Of a stretch of DNA of 64,000 bases, positions 10,601-21,039 are shown piece after piece. The stretch is taken from contig JAVVGF010000001.1 in assembly GCA_032249235.1 (NCBI GenBank), positions 192,001-256,000 on the forward strand, given 5' to 3'. A program made the translations under genes and the position numbers. Position 1 is the stretch's first letter; the number at the start of each line of letters is the position of its first letter. The notes under the pieces are model-generated. The model ran no database searches and was not told where the DNA came from. It saw only the letters and a program-made list of their open reading frames with translations. Source of the DNA: Thermoproteota archaeon. GTDB taxonomy: Archaea > Thermoproteota > Thermoprotei > Gearchaeales > Gearchaeaceae.

Positions 10601-11291
10601 ATATAATTTAACAGATTTCTATTTAGGGGATGCTATAGTAGATAAGCCTGTATATGTTAGCTCTTTGTCTGGAAGAATTAATTTCAATGCTTCCTTCTAT
10701 TTACGACCTGAAGGAGCTCCTTGGTTTGCATCAAACCTCGTTAATAACGGTACTGTTAGGATTAAGATTAGCGAAATCTACGCTACTGTGAAATTTTTCG
10801 ATTATAACGTAACTGTACCTATAAAAGGTTTAACATATACATACAAAACCAATCCTGTAACTATAAAAATTGAAAAAATAACGATAAAGAGTGTTAATCC
10901 CTTCGCAAACAGCGCAGTGGTAGAAGCAACTATTTTAGTGTATAATCCATTTAAGTTCCCAGTTACTATTACCTACATGTCTGGAAGCAATTATAGTATA
11001 ACTTTCCAAATTTTCGAATCTCAAAGAGAAGCTCATCCAGGTTATTATCTAGGATATGGCTGGTATTCTTCACAGACTTATGTTCCTGCTTTAAGTAATG
11101 TTACTTTATATCCTGTAACTGTTGTATTAACAGATGTTCTACATTTATTCCTTCCTCCTCACGGAACGCTAGTCCCTTTACATACAAGTATATATGTCGA
11201 TGCTCTGAATGGAAGAGCAGGAATAAAACTATATGATCTTTACTTTACTTTTAAGTTTGAAAAGAGAGAAATATACGTGACTTATCCTTAA
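7647..11291 (+). CDS. Giant membrane-anchored protein with about 9 tandem LEA_2/WHy-like repeats
   Basis: N-terminal TM; about 130-aa repeating units (N-x-x-x-hydrophobic strand, Y..G hairpin, amphipathic helix, two strands); last unit has YNPFKFPVTI. Confidence 0.7.
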   Translation: MMKFLSKKVIVVALLIILILGILLYFLPDIGYMIFFKNPSIALVGVEGKGVQGDFVLMSALLNVTNNAGVSVVLKEANGEVYYKGDKFGTFNYKGSLFIPSNGQVSINVTVLLDSKSPTLKQLIQDILKNNSSDISYKASLLVTSSFFFLSFSKEVEIAGKYILYLKDFVKVIGWEINVKKINLISSNNNPLLNVTVNAKNLSSLDILIKQANITIFYKKEALGHSKLNNQIAIKANESKELSLILNLTNINLLRDAIRDLINSYSISFDYIADLKVYSYYYYLETNYTIKGKQEYKLSEVANDLRLNKIIINQNSILADISYFNNLGVQFFVKDVNANIYFNNSLVGKINATINKEIIPATENRFLISAIPIDLSSLIGFILDNKTVRLSVQADIRVSIFNETYLAHLSLEKSISLDYTLKASINNVRYVAANILEVDANLIATTNLITGNFTLNSASFNAYLNQTFVGDGILQNPTKIYLNKPSQIKIRVYLHKDIIPILIIKLLTNSSFDLVLKNAIFQVNFANNTYPVKPSKDIIVSAQPFTLDINIYNPSFIALSTTTDNKIGIKASVAINIPNVYNLPIIIKSANVTLVEDEFGQIGYLYITNDQLIYPQYNLVGDFIANIDKSKLQLLIQKAINNNGLNVTFKDIVITVSILDKTTTIKLSKTFALKVPTPLVLESNLGIKKVSIGPSPKSFLIDTDFTINLKSMSVSNVYISDARAQIYFKDKQIGYAYITINRVVINLPFTYSGKALINITDEGASMLAIEILKQNPITVSIKNIQVNLKITDIPISIALPSNIVFQSTIKPDINIHVSDFTIRSPGNVIDAFAQLNSTLIKLNVDRIDSLSANIIDENGKILGYILGVSVVNNPNYIFQGMIELQLTQQGLDSLAPKLMNNNTLIIFAKNIVINAYINNVKIYINDPNIYIIKISTDFQYNYTFNIIDLNAYPPGTLFKLNITIDYQIKNGVNTPFSVIKATMKIYNLTDFYLGDAIVDKPVYVSSLSGRINFNASFYLRPEGAPWFASNLVNNGTVRIKISEIYATVKFFDYNVTVPIKGLTYTYKTNPVTIKIEKITIKSVNPFANSAVVEATILVYNPFKFPVTITYMSGSNYSITFQIFESQREAHPGYYLGYGWYSSQTYVPALSNVTLYPVTVVLTDVLHLFLPPHGTLVPLHTSIYVDALNGRAGIKLYDLYFTFKFEKREIYVTYP

Positions 11292-13192
11292 GATATTGAT
11301 TGTTTTTTGTTTTTTGAGCGTGTAATTATTAATCCTATTAAGAACATGATAATCGCTATCAATCCTAAAGCTGGAATCCATTCATAGATTAGAAATAACT
11401 CTTTATAGCTCGTTTTTGAAGGAACTTTTACTGGTATTATGTTTGAGAAATTGCTCTCGCCATACTCGTTGAAAGCTGTTATAGCATAGTAATATTGAAC
11501 ATCTTTGGAAGCTGAAGTGTCGATATAGGAATAAATGTTGCCTTCAGTTGTTGCGATTTTTTTCAATGAGTTTGGACTTTCTCCTCTATAAATATTATAT
11601 CCTAAAACAGGAATGTAGAATGGGTTATTATCTATCCAACTCAGTGAGGGATAGCCTGAAACGCTAGCAATTAAGCTAGGAGCTTGAGGAGGTTGTGGAT
11701 TTATTCCAGTATTTATCTTTATAGTTAAAGAAGAAACCAAGTTGAAATTATTCGAAGCTGAAACTTCTAAGCTTATATTATACAGACCGTTAGGGAGGTT
11801 ATTCAAATAGAAAGTGGCTATCAGGCCATTTCTATTTTCAAAACCGATCAATGCAGTATAAGCTTTTGGATATTTAGTTACAGGTGCAATTGTAATTTTG
11901 AAAAATTTCAAATATGTTGAATTGTTCGCTGCTATAACTGCTACTGTACCATACAAATCAAAAGCAGTAACGTTTGATTTAGAAGTATATTGAATTTTAT
12001 CTATTGAGGAAAAGTATGCGCTTGCATTATTGAATACAATAATATTGTTTAAATCTGAAATCGAGGAATCAACTGCGATAATTTTTGCATTATTTCTAAG
12101 TATTACTTTATCTACAATTGAACTCTTATTTAACATTAATTTCGAATTGCCTTTTGCATAAATTAATCCAATCAACCTTACATTGTATGCTTTTAATCCA
12201 ACATTATCATCAATATATATATCTATATTAGAAGAGTTTGCTAAATACACATCTTTAATTTTACTAAAATAAAGTCTCCATTTTTTAATCTCCGTATTTA
12301 TTAAATTAATGAATGTTTCATTTGATAATATAAAATTTTTCTTTAAAAAATATCCTGTACTTAAATTTGTAATTTTACTATTAATATCAAATATAGATAT
12401 AATGAGATTTACAGAATCATAAATAGTATAATTTCCTTTATTTAATAGTAATATTTCAGAATTTAATTCAGGAGGATTTATATAACTGTTGAATACTTCT
12501 ATTCTATTATTCTGGAAATATTGTGGTTTTAAGAGAGTAGAATTCCAATATTTAAAATAACCATGAGGGATTTGGATAGATACGGAATTTCCAAAATTAA
12601 TTGCCAAACTTATTGAGAACGTTGAAGAGTTTATGAACGCATTTATGCCTTGATCATAAAGAATCAAATCAAATCCTGAAGAACTTCTAATGGATAAGTT
12701 AGAGGAAGAAAGAGGAGTGATTCTAATTTTTCCATAGAATGCAACTAAAGAAGAGTTCAAAGAACTTTCATTTAAAACCATTTCAAAATTATTCGATGAA
12801 ATACTTGAATTTGTTAGTATGATTTCAGATTTGTTAAATGACTTAAATTGTATTCCATAATCTACATTTAATTTTGTATTATTTAAAATTAAAGAAGATT
12901 TATATAGTGTAATGTTATTTTTAAAGTTTATCTCAGAATTATTTATAACTATTTTTGAATTATTATTAGCTTGTACCATTCCACTTATAGTTATATTCGA
13001 GGAATTATTTATAATTAGTTGTGCATTGTTTTTTAAATATATATCACATATATAAAGACCATTTGTATTTATAGTATATTGCTGTGAATCAAGATTTATA
13101 TTTTCGCAAGAAGGTGCCTTGACGATTTGACTTGAATTGAAAATATTCAAAGCGAGCAAGATGAGTATTAAGTAAGCCTTTTTATCCTCCAT
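11288..13192 (-). CDS. Cell-surface protein: signal peptide, beta-helix-like repeats, FN3 domain, C-terminal TM anchor
   Basis: Repeating NNSK-I-I-NS-I units; FN3 signature LSW...GYNIYRG...YIDTS...YYYAITAFNEYGES; TM + basic tail. Confidence 0.7.
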   Translation of the reverse strand: MEDKKAYLILILLALNIFNSSQIVKAPSCENINLDSQQYTINTNGLYICDIYLKNNAQLIINNSSNITISGMVQANNNSKIVINNSEINFKNNITLYKSSLILNNTKLNVDYGIQFKSFNKSEIILTNSSISSNNFEMVLNESSLNSSLVAFYGKIRITPLSSSNLSIRSSSGFDLILYDQGINAFINSSTFSISLAINFGNSVSIQIPHGYFKYWNSTLLKPQYFQNNRIEVFNSYINPPELNSEILLLNKGNYTIYDSVNLIISIFDINSKITNLSTGYFLKKNFILSNETFINLINTEIKKWRLYFSKIKDVYLANSSNIDIYIDDNVGLKAYNVRLIGLIYAKGNSKLMLNKSSIVDKVILRNNAKIIAVDSSISDLNNIIVFNNASAYFSSIDKIQYTSKSNVTAFDLYGTVAVIAANNSTYLKFFKITIAPVTKYPKAYTALIGFENRNGLIATFYLNNLPNGLYNISLEVSASNNFNLVSSLTIKINTGINPQPPQAPSLIASVSGYPSLSWIDNNPFYIPVLGYNIYRGESPNSLKKIATTEGNIYSYIDTSASKDVQYYYAITAFNEYGESNFSNIIPVKVPSKTSYKELFLIYEWIPALGLIAIIMFLIGLIITRSKNKKQSIS

Positions 13193-13299
13193 CTAATCTT
13201 TAATGAGGATTTGTTATTTAAAGATATTTATTAAGATTCGATATCCTTTCATTCGTAATTACAATAAAGAATATAATCGAATGAAACATCTTAATATTA

Positions 13300-14571
13300 G
13301 TGAATTACGAAGTAATAGTAATTGGTGGAGGCCCTGCAGGGGCATATAGTGCAGCTCTTCTATCCAAATATGGTTATAATGTTTTGCTGATAGAAGCAGG
13401 GTCTTATAAAAGATACAAAGTATGTTCTGGTGGCACTCCTCTTCGCTCAGTTGAACTTCTTTCAAAATTGGGCGATCCTTCAAAAATTGTTGAGAGAGAG
13501 ATTAAAGGTGTGAATATATTTATAGAGAACAAAGAAGTTATTTCAACTTATAAAGAAAAACCGATTGGATATAGCTATTATAGAAGCGAACTAGATCAAT
13601 GGATAAGAGATAGAGCTTCAGATCTGGGTTCAGTTGTATATCATGAAACAATTGCTAAAAAGATTAAAATAGAAAGAGATTTCGTTTATGTTAAGTGTTA
13701 TCAAAAAGGGTTAGCTATTGATTTTAAAGGTAAACTTTTGATAGGTGCTTTTGGAATCAAGCCTGATTTATTGTTACAATTAGGCATAAAACCCACAGAA
13801 TATCTCATATCTGTTCAGAGCGAGTTTAAAGGTGATACTCAACATATGGAAGAAGAAATAAGATCCTCTTTTAATTTTCTTATCCATCCTGAATTCTCAA
13901 CATTTAGCTATGGTTGGATATTCCCAAAAAGCGAAGGTCTATCGATAGGTATAACGGATCGTATGGAAGGAAATATTGTATTAGAGAGATTTAAAAAAAT
14001 GTTATCTCAGCATCCTTTGGTTAAGGAGAAAATAAAAAACATGAAAATAATGCCAGTTAACGGTAAAGATGTTTTAGCTCACTTGAATCCAAATCGTCCT
14101 CTAAAAAGGACTTTTGGAAGAAGATTTGTTTTAGTAGGAGACGCAGCTGGCTTTGCAGATCCTATAACTTGGGAAGGGATATATTTTGCATTGAAGAGCG
14201 GTGAAATAGCTGCGAATGCTTTTTCAAAATTGCTTGAAAAAGGAAATATCAATGATAATTCTACTTCGCTCTACGAAAAGATGTGGAAAAGAGATTTCGG
14301 TAAAGTTTTTGAGATTGAATGGGCTGTTAAGCAACTCTTATGGGGAAAAGATCTAACCAATAAATGGCTCACTATAGCGAAATTTTTCAAGAGTAAAGAA
14401 GAAAGATATAACTTATTGAAAGAAGAACTTGCTCTGAGCATGTCGATAGCACCAGTTATAAAAAAGATGTCTACAATAGAGAAATTAAATATCGGCTTTA
14501 AATTAAAAGGTTATAAACTCTTAAGAAAACCCATTAATTTTGTTTATGTTTTCAAAACTTTGTTTTCGTAA
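13300..14571 (+). CDS. Geranylgeranyl reductase family FAD-dependent oxidoreductase (paralog 3)
   Basis: GGGPAG, KVCSGG, R.ELD.W, YGWIFPK, VGDAAGFADPITWEGIYFA. Confidence 0.88.
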   Translation: MNYEVIVIGGGPAGAYSAALLSKYGYNVLLIEAGSYKRYKVCSGGTPLRSVELLSKLGDPSKIVEREIKGVNIFIENKEVISTYKEKPIGYSYYRSELDQWIRDRASDLGSVVYHETIAKKIKIERDFVYVKCYQKGLAIDFKGKLLIGAFGIKPDLLLQLGIKPTEYLISVQSEFKGDTQHMEEEIRSSFNFLIHPEFSTFSYGWIFPKSEGLSIGITDRMEGNIVLERFKKMLSQHPLVKEKIKNMKIMPVNGKDVLAHLNPNRPLKRTFGRRFVLVGDAAGFADPITWEGIYFALKSGEIAANAFSKLLEKGNINDNSTSLYEKMWKRDFGKVFEIEWAVKQLLWGKDLTNKWLTIAKFFKSKEERYNLLKEELALSMSIAPVIKKMSTIEKLNIGFKLKGYKLLRKPINFVYVFKTLFS

Positions 14572-14574
14572 AAG

Positions 14575-17500
14575 TTAAGATAGAATGGCGCATGTTTGTG
14601 GTACAGGTATCTTAGGTGTTACAAAATTTGTAAGAAAGGTTACATCATAAACTGTAGTAGTAGTAGAACCTTTGGCATAAACCATTAAGCCTGTAATGCA
14701 TGCCTTAACTTGTAATGGGAATAGACTTATAATTGAATAAGATAGATTCGAATAAAGAGGATTAACGTTTGTTATAGTAACAGTTACACCTTGTATAGTT
14801 ACAGATTGATTAGGCCCAAGTGTTATTGTTTGGGATATGATGGCTCTACCTAAAAAGGCTCCAGATGAATGGTATACGTCGACTTTAATGTTTGAAAGTG
14901 TCACAGTAAAGTTGTATGGATTTTTAAATGTAACATCTGCTTGAACAGTGACTGATCTAACCACTACAGAGGTACCAGATAATCCCCAATCAATATTTCG
15001 AACTACGATGTTAGATATAGAAACTGATAAATTGGGGCCAGTTATTGGAAGATCTACATCAACGAATGGAATGTCTCCTTCTATATCATAAATACTAACA
15101 TGCATTGTAATATTGCTCAATCTAACAATAACTAGTCCACTTGAAAGTAGATTTTGACCGAAATAGGCGAAACCTTCTTTATTCAGTGATACGGAAGCTT
15201 TAATATTTAAGGAAGCAAACTTTCCTGTAAATGTTCCTTGTGTTATAAGCTCACCTGAACCTATTGCTTTCCAGGAATTCATATAATTAGCCATAACGAT
15301 GAATTTTGCATTCTTGAAGTTTACGGGCGCATTTATACCTTGCTTAAGTGTTACATTAAGCAAGCCTTCTCCAATTATATTAATTCCTTGGCTTGATGGA
15401 TATACTGAAAAGCCTTTGAGTGTGGCGTTTGTTTCTATTTCTATCAAAGAACTTACTCTTAAGAATACGGTTCTAAATAAGAATATATTCACTTCTTTAC
15501 CTCCTAAATTAGCTACAACATTCACATCTGAACCATATAGCAAGGTATCTGCTCCTTTAATTAACGGTCCAATATAAGTTAAAGGATTTTGTGATACAAA
15601 GTTAATTAAAAACTTTCCGTTTAATAAGGAACCATTGACATTTGAATATACACTTAACAGTGATCCGTTTGCGAAATAAGTAAAGGTGTTGCCATCATTG
15701 AGTTTAAATTTTAACGATAATATGTTAACTGGAATTTGGTAGTTTGGCGAATATAATTGCGCCTCAACTTCTGCTTTTTTACCAGGATAGAAGTTGAATT
15801 GCGATATCTTAATTATTAATCTAGGAAAAAGTTCGGCTTTTATAGTATATGATGCTATGTAAAGTTTTAAAGGAAGACTAAATAACTTGAGATATACCGT
15901 TATATTCTTTACAGTTAAGTTTAGAAAGTCATTTTGTAAAGCCTGTTGAGCGATCCATCTCAATCCTTCTTCCGTTATTGTAACATTCGCATTTGCTACA
16001 AATGTTTTACTTCCGCTACCTACGAGTATAACAATAGGTATTACGTTTTCATATTGTCTAGGTTGAAGGGTTGCATTTTTGGCTATAAGCACTGAGCCAT
16101 CAGAAGAATAAACATCATATGTGACTTGATAAATGTATAGCTGAATAGGAAAATCAGATTTTAAATCTATAGTAACATTTAAAGTTATTTTGAAAATACC
16201 CAATGAAGGTGCTGTAATAAAGCCTGCATAAACTCTTACTCCAACCAATCCAAGCGGTGTAACTTCTATATCTTGAGATACTCTTAGATTGACAGGCAAA
16301 TACGTATTGCCAACTTTTAGCGTAGCGTTCATACTTTTTATATAAAATTTAACCTTTCCTTGAGTTGCAAATAGACTGAAGATCTTACTAGTAGATGGAT
16401 CATTGACATTAAGCAATATTGAGACGTTGCTATATGTCTCATCACTCAAAAGAAGACTGCTCGATTTGATCTTAAGAGTTGAATTTGTTTGAGGTTCGTA
16501 TATCACAAAGGATGGATTGAGCAAGGAAAGATTCAGCTTACTGACGTTAGGTGCTTTTACGAGGAATTTCAGAGTAACATTCAAGTTATTGTTGTCTGGG
16601 GATACTTGAATGTTTGTAACTTTTATTTCGAAATTAATGCCTAGACTTTGATAATCAACGGGTATACTTATCCTTCTATCTGAATGTATCATTATATCTT
16701 TATTGAAAATTTCAATTGTTCCATTAACATTGAGAATATCTAGCGTAATTGATTGTCCGCTGAAAAATAGGCTAATCAATGATGGAAGGCTTTCTTTATT
16801 TAGATCAAGAATGAGCGTAATGTTATTTAATTTTTCACCCATGACATCAATATTTGAAAGGTAACCAATGCCTAATCTTTCGTTACCTGAATATACTGTG
16901 AATAATAATTGCTTTATCTTGAAAAATAAATCAAAATTATCGGATAAAGAAAATGTAACATTCGAATTAATCAATAATTTCGTCTCTTCTAAAAATTTTA
17001 TGTTATTAACTTTAGCCTGCATGTCAAAATCAAAATTGATATTTTTATTGATTGTTGCGTTAAATGAGGCTTGTATATCACCGAAAAGCAAAGCTACTTC
17101 TCCCTTCCAAGTTAGAACAATTGTTTTATTGTTCACTAAATCATTTATAGCTCCGCTTATTCCATCAGTTTCTATATATGCATTGACAATGAGCCTATTA
17201 TAATCATGAGGCCTTAATTCTATTGGTCCAGAATAATTTAAGGAACCTATATTTTTATTATTGTAATAAATGTTTCCTTTCATTGAAGTTAACGTTATTC
17301 CAAGATTAGTAGGATTATTAAGAATAATTATTGCTTTTGCATCGTTGTTCTTAGGTATAATTATTTTATCAACAGATACAAAAGATTGGATACTTTCCAA
17401 TTCAAACTTAGCTTTTTCCTTAGGAATATGTAAATTGATAGTTAAGAAGCTAAATACTGGAACAGCTACTTTTATGTCTCCTTCATAATAGAAAGAACTG

Positions 17501-17871
17501 TTACCATTTGTTAGCAGCTCACTTAATAATCTATTGAACGCACTTCCTGTAATAACCTTTAGCGTTACATTTAATGGTGTAGGTTTGCCTGCAGGTATTT
17601 CTATTTCTCCTACCTTTATCTCACCTATTATTCCTTCTTCATTAAATATTATGATATCTCCTTCTTTTACATTAGCTGATATTGAGGCTTGGTTAATTAA
17701 TTTTACAGATATTTCTATACTATTAGGACCTGTCTGTTTGACAATGTATATTGAATCTATTTTTGGTGGAACATATAGGAAAATCGGCAATAAATATACC
17801 GTTAAGGAACCAAGAAGAATTAAGATTAATGACATAATTGCGAGCTTTTTATAAAGCGTTTTCATTATCAT
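14575..17871 (-). CDS. Giant membrane-anchored protein with about 8 tandem LEA_2/WHy-like repeats
   Basis: N-terminal TM; NNPTNLGITLTSMKGNIYYNNKNIG and KNPYNFTVTLSNIKVDVYHSSGAFLG LEA_2-type motifs; unit-by-unit similarity to 7647-11291. Confidence 0.7.
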   Translation of the reverse strand: MIMKTLYKKLAIMSLILILLGSLTVYLLPIFLYVPPKIDSIYIVKQTGPNSIEISVKLINQASISANVKEGDIIIFNEEGIIGEIKVGEIEIPAGKPTPLNVTLKVITGSAFNRLLSELLTNGNSSFYYEGDIKVAVPVFSFLTINLHIPKEKAKFELESIQSFVSVDKIIIPKNNDAKAIIILNNPTNLGITLTSMKGNIYYNNKNIGSLNYSGPIELRPHDYNRLIVNAYIETDGISGAINDLVNNKTIVLTWKGEVALLFGDIQASFNATINKNINFDFDMQAKVNNIKFLEETKLLINSNVTFSLSDNFDLFFKIKQLLFTVYSGNERLGIGYLSNIDVMGEKLNNITLILDLNKESLPSLISLFFSGQSITLDILNVNGTIEIFNKDIMIHSDRRISIPVDYQSLGINFEIKVTNIQVSPDNNNLNVTLKFLVKAPNVSKLNLSLLNPSFVIYEPQTNSTLKIKSSSLLLSDETYSNVSILLNVNDPSTSKIFSLFATQGKVKFYIKSMNATLKVGNTYLPVNLRVSQDIEVTPLGLVGVRVYAGFITAPSLGIFKITLNVTIDLKSDFPIQLYIYQVTYDVYSSDGSVLIAKNATLQPRQYENVIPIVILVGSGSKTFVANANVTITEEGLRWIAQQALQNDFLNLTVKNITVYLKLFSLPLKLYIASYTIKAELFPRLIIKISQFNFYPGKKAEVEAQLYSPNYQIPVNILSLKFKLNDGNTFTYFANGSLLSVYSNVNGSLLNGKFLINFVSQNPLTYIGPLIKGADTLLYGSDVNVVANLGGKEVNIFLFRTVFLRVSSLIEIETNATLKGFSVYPSSQGINIIGEGLLNVTLKQGINAPVNFKNAKFIVMANYMNSWKAIGSGELITQGTFTGKFASLNIKASVSLNKEGFAYFGQNLLSSGLVIVRLSNITMHVSIYDIEGDIPFVDVDLPITGPNLSVSISNIVVRNIDWGLSGTSVVVRSVTVQADVTFKNPYNFTVTLSNIKVDVYHSSGAFLGRAIISQTITLGPNQSVTIQGVTVTITNVNPLYSNLSYSIISLFPLQVKACITGLMVYAKGSTTTTVYDVTFLTNFVTPKIPVPQTCAILS

Positions 17872-17901
17872 TTAATTTAAAGACTATCTCTGTTTATAAA
17901 A

Positions 17902-20900
17902 CTAACGATACCGTACAGGTAAATTATTAACAGTATATTGAATTATAGTCTTTAAATTCCCCACCTTAATTGAAATCAATACTTGAATATCAACGTTCAT
18001 TTTTAGCGTGTCATTTTGAGAATTGTAATGTCTTAATACGTAAGAAACGGATACATCAGGTATGTTTATTTCTAAATCACTTATTATAGTTGATGAATTA
18101 GGTCCTAGTGTTATGTTGCTTAATTGCGTATTTCCTACAGGCTTACCATCCATTGAATCATATATATTTAAGATAGCCAAATCTAATTTGACGGTAAAAT
18201 TATAAGGATTTATTATTTTAATCGTAGATTTTGCTTTTATTTCGTTACCTGAAATATACATTACCTGAAATTCTAATATTTCAACTTGTACAGGCTTACT
18301 TTGGTAAGTAATCGTAAGATTTAATGGAAGGCTTGCTGTGTAATATTGATCCATCAAATTTACGATCACTATTATTTTATCGATGGTTACTTTTACTGTT
18401 TTGCCGTTTGCAATCAATGTAGCAATATAATCTAACCTAGGTCCGCTTAAAAGATTTAATTTTGCTGTTGCAATATAGGTATCCTTGCTTATTGGAATAA
18501 CTTCAGAAATGGTACCGTTTGCCACTTCAATTCTAAGCTCATCTTTAATAGTGAAACTAGCATTAACAAGCTTTGCATCTACAATGTTATTCGATATGGT
18601 GAGCCTAAATTTTACATATACAAAGTTATCGCTAATTGAAGGTGGAACATTTATATCTATTACGCTTACTTCAAAGCTCAAAGGCTTAATGTTTGGTATG
18701 ATTGTGATGAACACTGAACTTTCTGCAAATAAATCGTAATTTTCTCCTAATAGTGATATTGAGCCTTTAATGTTTTTACCAATAACAGTTGCGTTGTAAC
18801 CGAGAAGGATTTTAGCTAGATTAGTTTGGTTTTTATTCGTCAAAACTATCAAACCATTTCCTTTGAAAGAGGAATTAATATAAGATGCATTAGATAATTT
18901 AATATAACCTATTATGTTAGAAAATTCATCAGTTACATTTCCTTCAAAATTATTTACGCCAAACGGGACTTCAATTCCCTTTAGTTTCATATCAAATGAA
19001 AAACTTAATGTTTTGCCGTTTATTATATTAATATTGTTAAGATAAACCTGCAATAAAGGTAATAAAATTACATTTAAAGTTACATTTCTTATTAACAATA
19101 TAATACTAAATGTCCCAATTTTTACAGTTATATTTGCATCAAGTATAATTAAGTTTGTTTTTCCTTTTTCTAAAAAATCTTTGATCATCTTTCCAGTTAA
19201 ACTCTTTGATAATTTAACTACGCTAGTAGTGCTAAAGTTATATGATTGTTCATTAGATATGTATTGATTAATATCTTGTTTAAAATTTTCTAATACTTTA
19301 TCACCTTCGATTGTAAAAACATTCATGTAAACATTAACAAGGAAAAATTTTTCCACTTTTAATTTTGATTTTAGAGATATATTGAGATCAAGTTTGTATG
19401 AGCTATCAAAAGAACGTATGTTAATTAGATAAGCGTTTGCTTCAAGAATATCTAAAGGAGATATCTTTAGTAAAATATTCAAATTGGTTTGCTTTGAGAT
19501 CGTTTTGCCATATACATTTACTTTTAAATATCCTCCTTGGATTTGCAGTAAAAGCGAACCATTTTTTGCGAAATCTTGAATGAGAGGTTTAACATTAGGA
19601 TCGTTTACTCCCAAAGTTACTGTAGTAAAGAAATTAGATGAATTGGATAGATCAATCGGGCCATTTATTTTTTGATCGAACACCAGCTTCCCATTGTTGA
19701 AATTTAACTTAAACACTGCCTCGTCGATAGTCATTGGTATACCAGTAACGTTTAAAGAGAGAAAACTGAAATTGAAGCCAATAATGAGAGTATCTTTATT
19801 TTGATCATACATAATCGAATATGGTTTTACTCCTATAATGAAGCGGGCATAGCCCCAATCTAGATTTATTGAATACTTTCCTAATTTTAAATTAACTATA
19901 TCAGTTCCAAATGCTAATTTGGGCTGTTCAACAAAATTAAGAGATAGTTTAACAGTGGAATTTTTTAAAAATTCATCTACGAATAAATAAAAGTTATCTA
20001 TTATGGGTAATATTACTATTTTACTATATACAATACCATTTGATGCGCTCGAATCTGTTATTCTGAAGTCCGCTATATAAGTTTCATTCAAAATCACTTT
20101 ACCACTTCCACCTGCTAGGTTTATTCCATTTAATGGTAAAGATGCTATTTTGCTACTTAAATACCCTGTAATCTCTAATCTCTCTGGATATTTAAAATAC
20201 TTTATCGAATTTATAGTAAAATTAGAAAATGTTGGTATTTCAATATTTCTTGATAATGAAATATTTAATGGAATCAATATTGTTCCAAATTTAATTTTTG
20301 CATTTATAATTGAATTCATCAAAGGATTAGAAAAAATTATGTTACCTAAATTATTTATATAACTAGTAGAATTGTAAAATAAATTTATTATAAAATTTTG
20401 ATTAGCCTCAACTTCATAAGATTTATTAGAATAAAAGTGTATTATATCATTATTGTATATTTTTAAAACTCCACTTATATCTTGAATTATAAAGCTTGAG
20501 TTTAAGGGATTTTCGATAATTACATTGATTGTGTTTTTATCTATGCTCACTGATTTTATTGTATTATTTAACGAATATTGGTAAAGGAATGTCGAACCTT
20601 TTATTGTTGTTGGGATTTCAAAAAATAAAAATTTTGTATTTACATTACCTTCATAGCTGACTTCAATGTTTCCTTTAGAGAAAAGTCCATTCAAGACGCT
20701 ACTGAAATATTTGATATCTTCTTTATCTACGAAGGCACTTAACTTGATTGAGTTTTCACCTGAATTTATATCTAATGGGTTATTTATGGTAATTGTAGCA
20801 AATTTATTATTCTCATACAGTATGTTAATATGTCCTTTATTAATACTGATTGCTTGGAAATTATTTATGATAACTAATGACGCATCAATTACTAAATTGT

Positions 20901-21039
20901 CCCCCAATTGCTTTATTCCTAAAACTTTTACACTTTTTATTGAAGGCTGAAATATAAACATCGGAAATATTAGAAAGACGGAAACTATAATTACTGCAAT
21001 TAAAACTAGGGCAATTAATTTTCTCTTTCCTATACGCAT
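17902..21039 (-). CDS. Giant membrane-anchored protein with about 8 tandem LEA_2/WHy-like repeats
   Basis: Probable start MRIGKRKLIALV at 21039; N-terminal TM; ENPLNSSF and INPYNFTVKLD...ITLGPNSS motifs shared with neighbour. Confidence 0.7.
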   Translation of the reverse strand: MRIGKRKLIALVLIAVIIVSVFLIFPMFIFQPSIKSVKVLGIKQLGDNLVIDASLVIINNFQAISINKGHINILYENNKFATITINNPLDINSGENSIKLSAFVDKEDIKYFSSVLNGLFSKGNIEVSYEGNVNTKFLFFEIPTTIKGSTFLYQYSLNNTIKSVSIDKNTINVIIENPLNSSFIIQDISGVLKIYNNDIIHFYSNKSYEVEANQNFIINLFYNSTSYINNLGNIIFSNPLMNSIINAKIKFGTILIPLNISLSRNIEIPTFSNFTINSIKYFKYPERLEITGYLSSKIASLPLNGINLAGGSGKVILNETYIADFRITDSSASNGIVYSKIVILPIIDNFYLFVDEFLKNSTVKLSLNFVEQPKLAFGTDIVNLKLGKYSINLDWGYARFIIGVKPYSIMYDQNKDTLIIGFNFSFLSLNVTGIPMTIDEAVFKLNFNNGKLVFDQKINGPIDLSNSSNFFTTVTLGVNDPNVKPLIQDFAKNGSLLLQIQGGYLKVNVYGKTISKQTNLNILLKISPLDILEANAYLINIRSFDSSYKLDLNISLKSKLKVEKFFLVNVYMNVFTIEGDKVLENFKQDINQYISNEQSYNFSTTSVVKLSKSLTGKMIKDFLEKGKTNLIILDANITVKIGTFSIILLIRNVTLNVILLPLLQVYLNNINIINGKTLSFSFDMKLKGIEVPFGVNNFEGNVTDEFSNIIGYIKLSNASYINSSFKGNGLIVLTNKNQTNLAKILLGYNATVIGKNIKGSISLLGENYDLFAESSVFITIIPNIKPLSFEVSVIDINVPPSISDNFVYVKFRLTISNNIVDAKLVNASFTIKDELRIEVANGTISEVIPISKDTYIATAKLNLLSGPRLDYIATLIANGKTVKVTIDKIIVIVNLMDQYYTASLPLNLTITYQSKPVQVEILEFQVMYISGNEIKAKSTIKIINPYNFTVKLDLAILNIYDSMDGKPVGNTQLSNITLGPNSSTIISDLEINIPDVSVSYVLRHYNSQNDTLKMNVDIQVLISIKVGNLKTIIQYTVNNLPVRYR

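Noticed and set aside
15299-20950. Multiple short plus-strand ORFs inside the repeat giants (and similar antisense or alternate-frame ORFs elsewhere, e.g. 26467-26949, 46622-47302, 60549-60935, 61823-62224)
   Set aside because: Shadow ORFs fully overlapping well-supported genes, with no motifs
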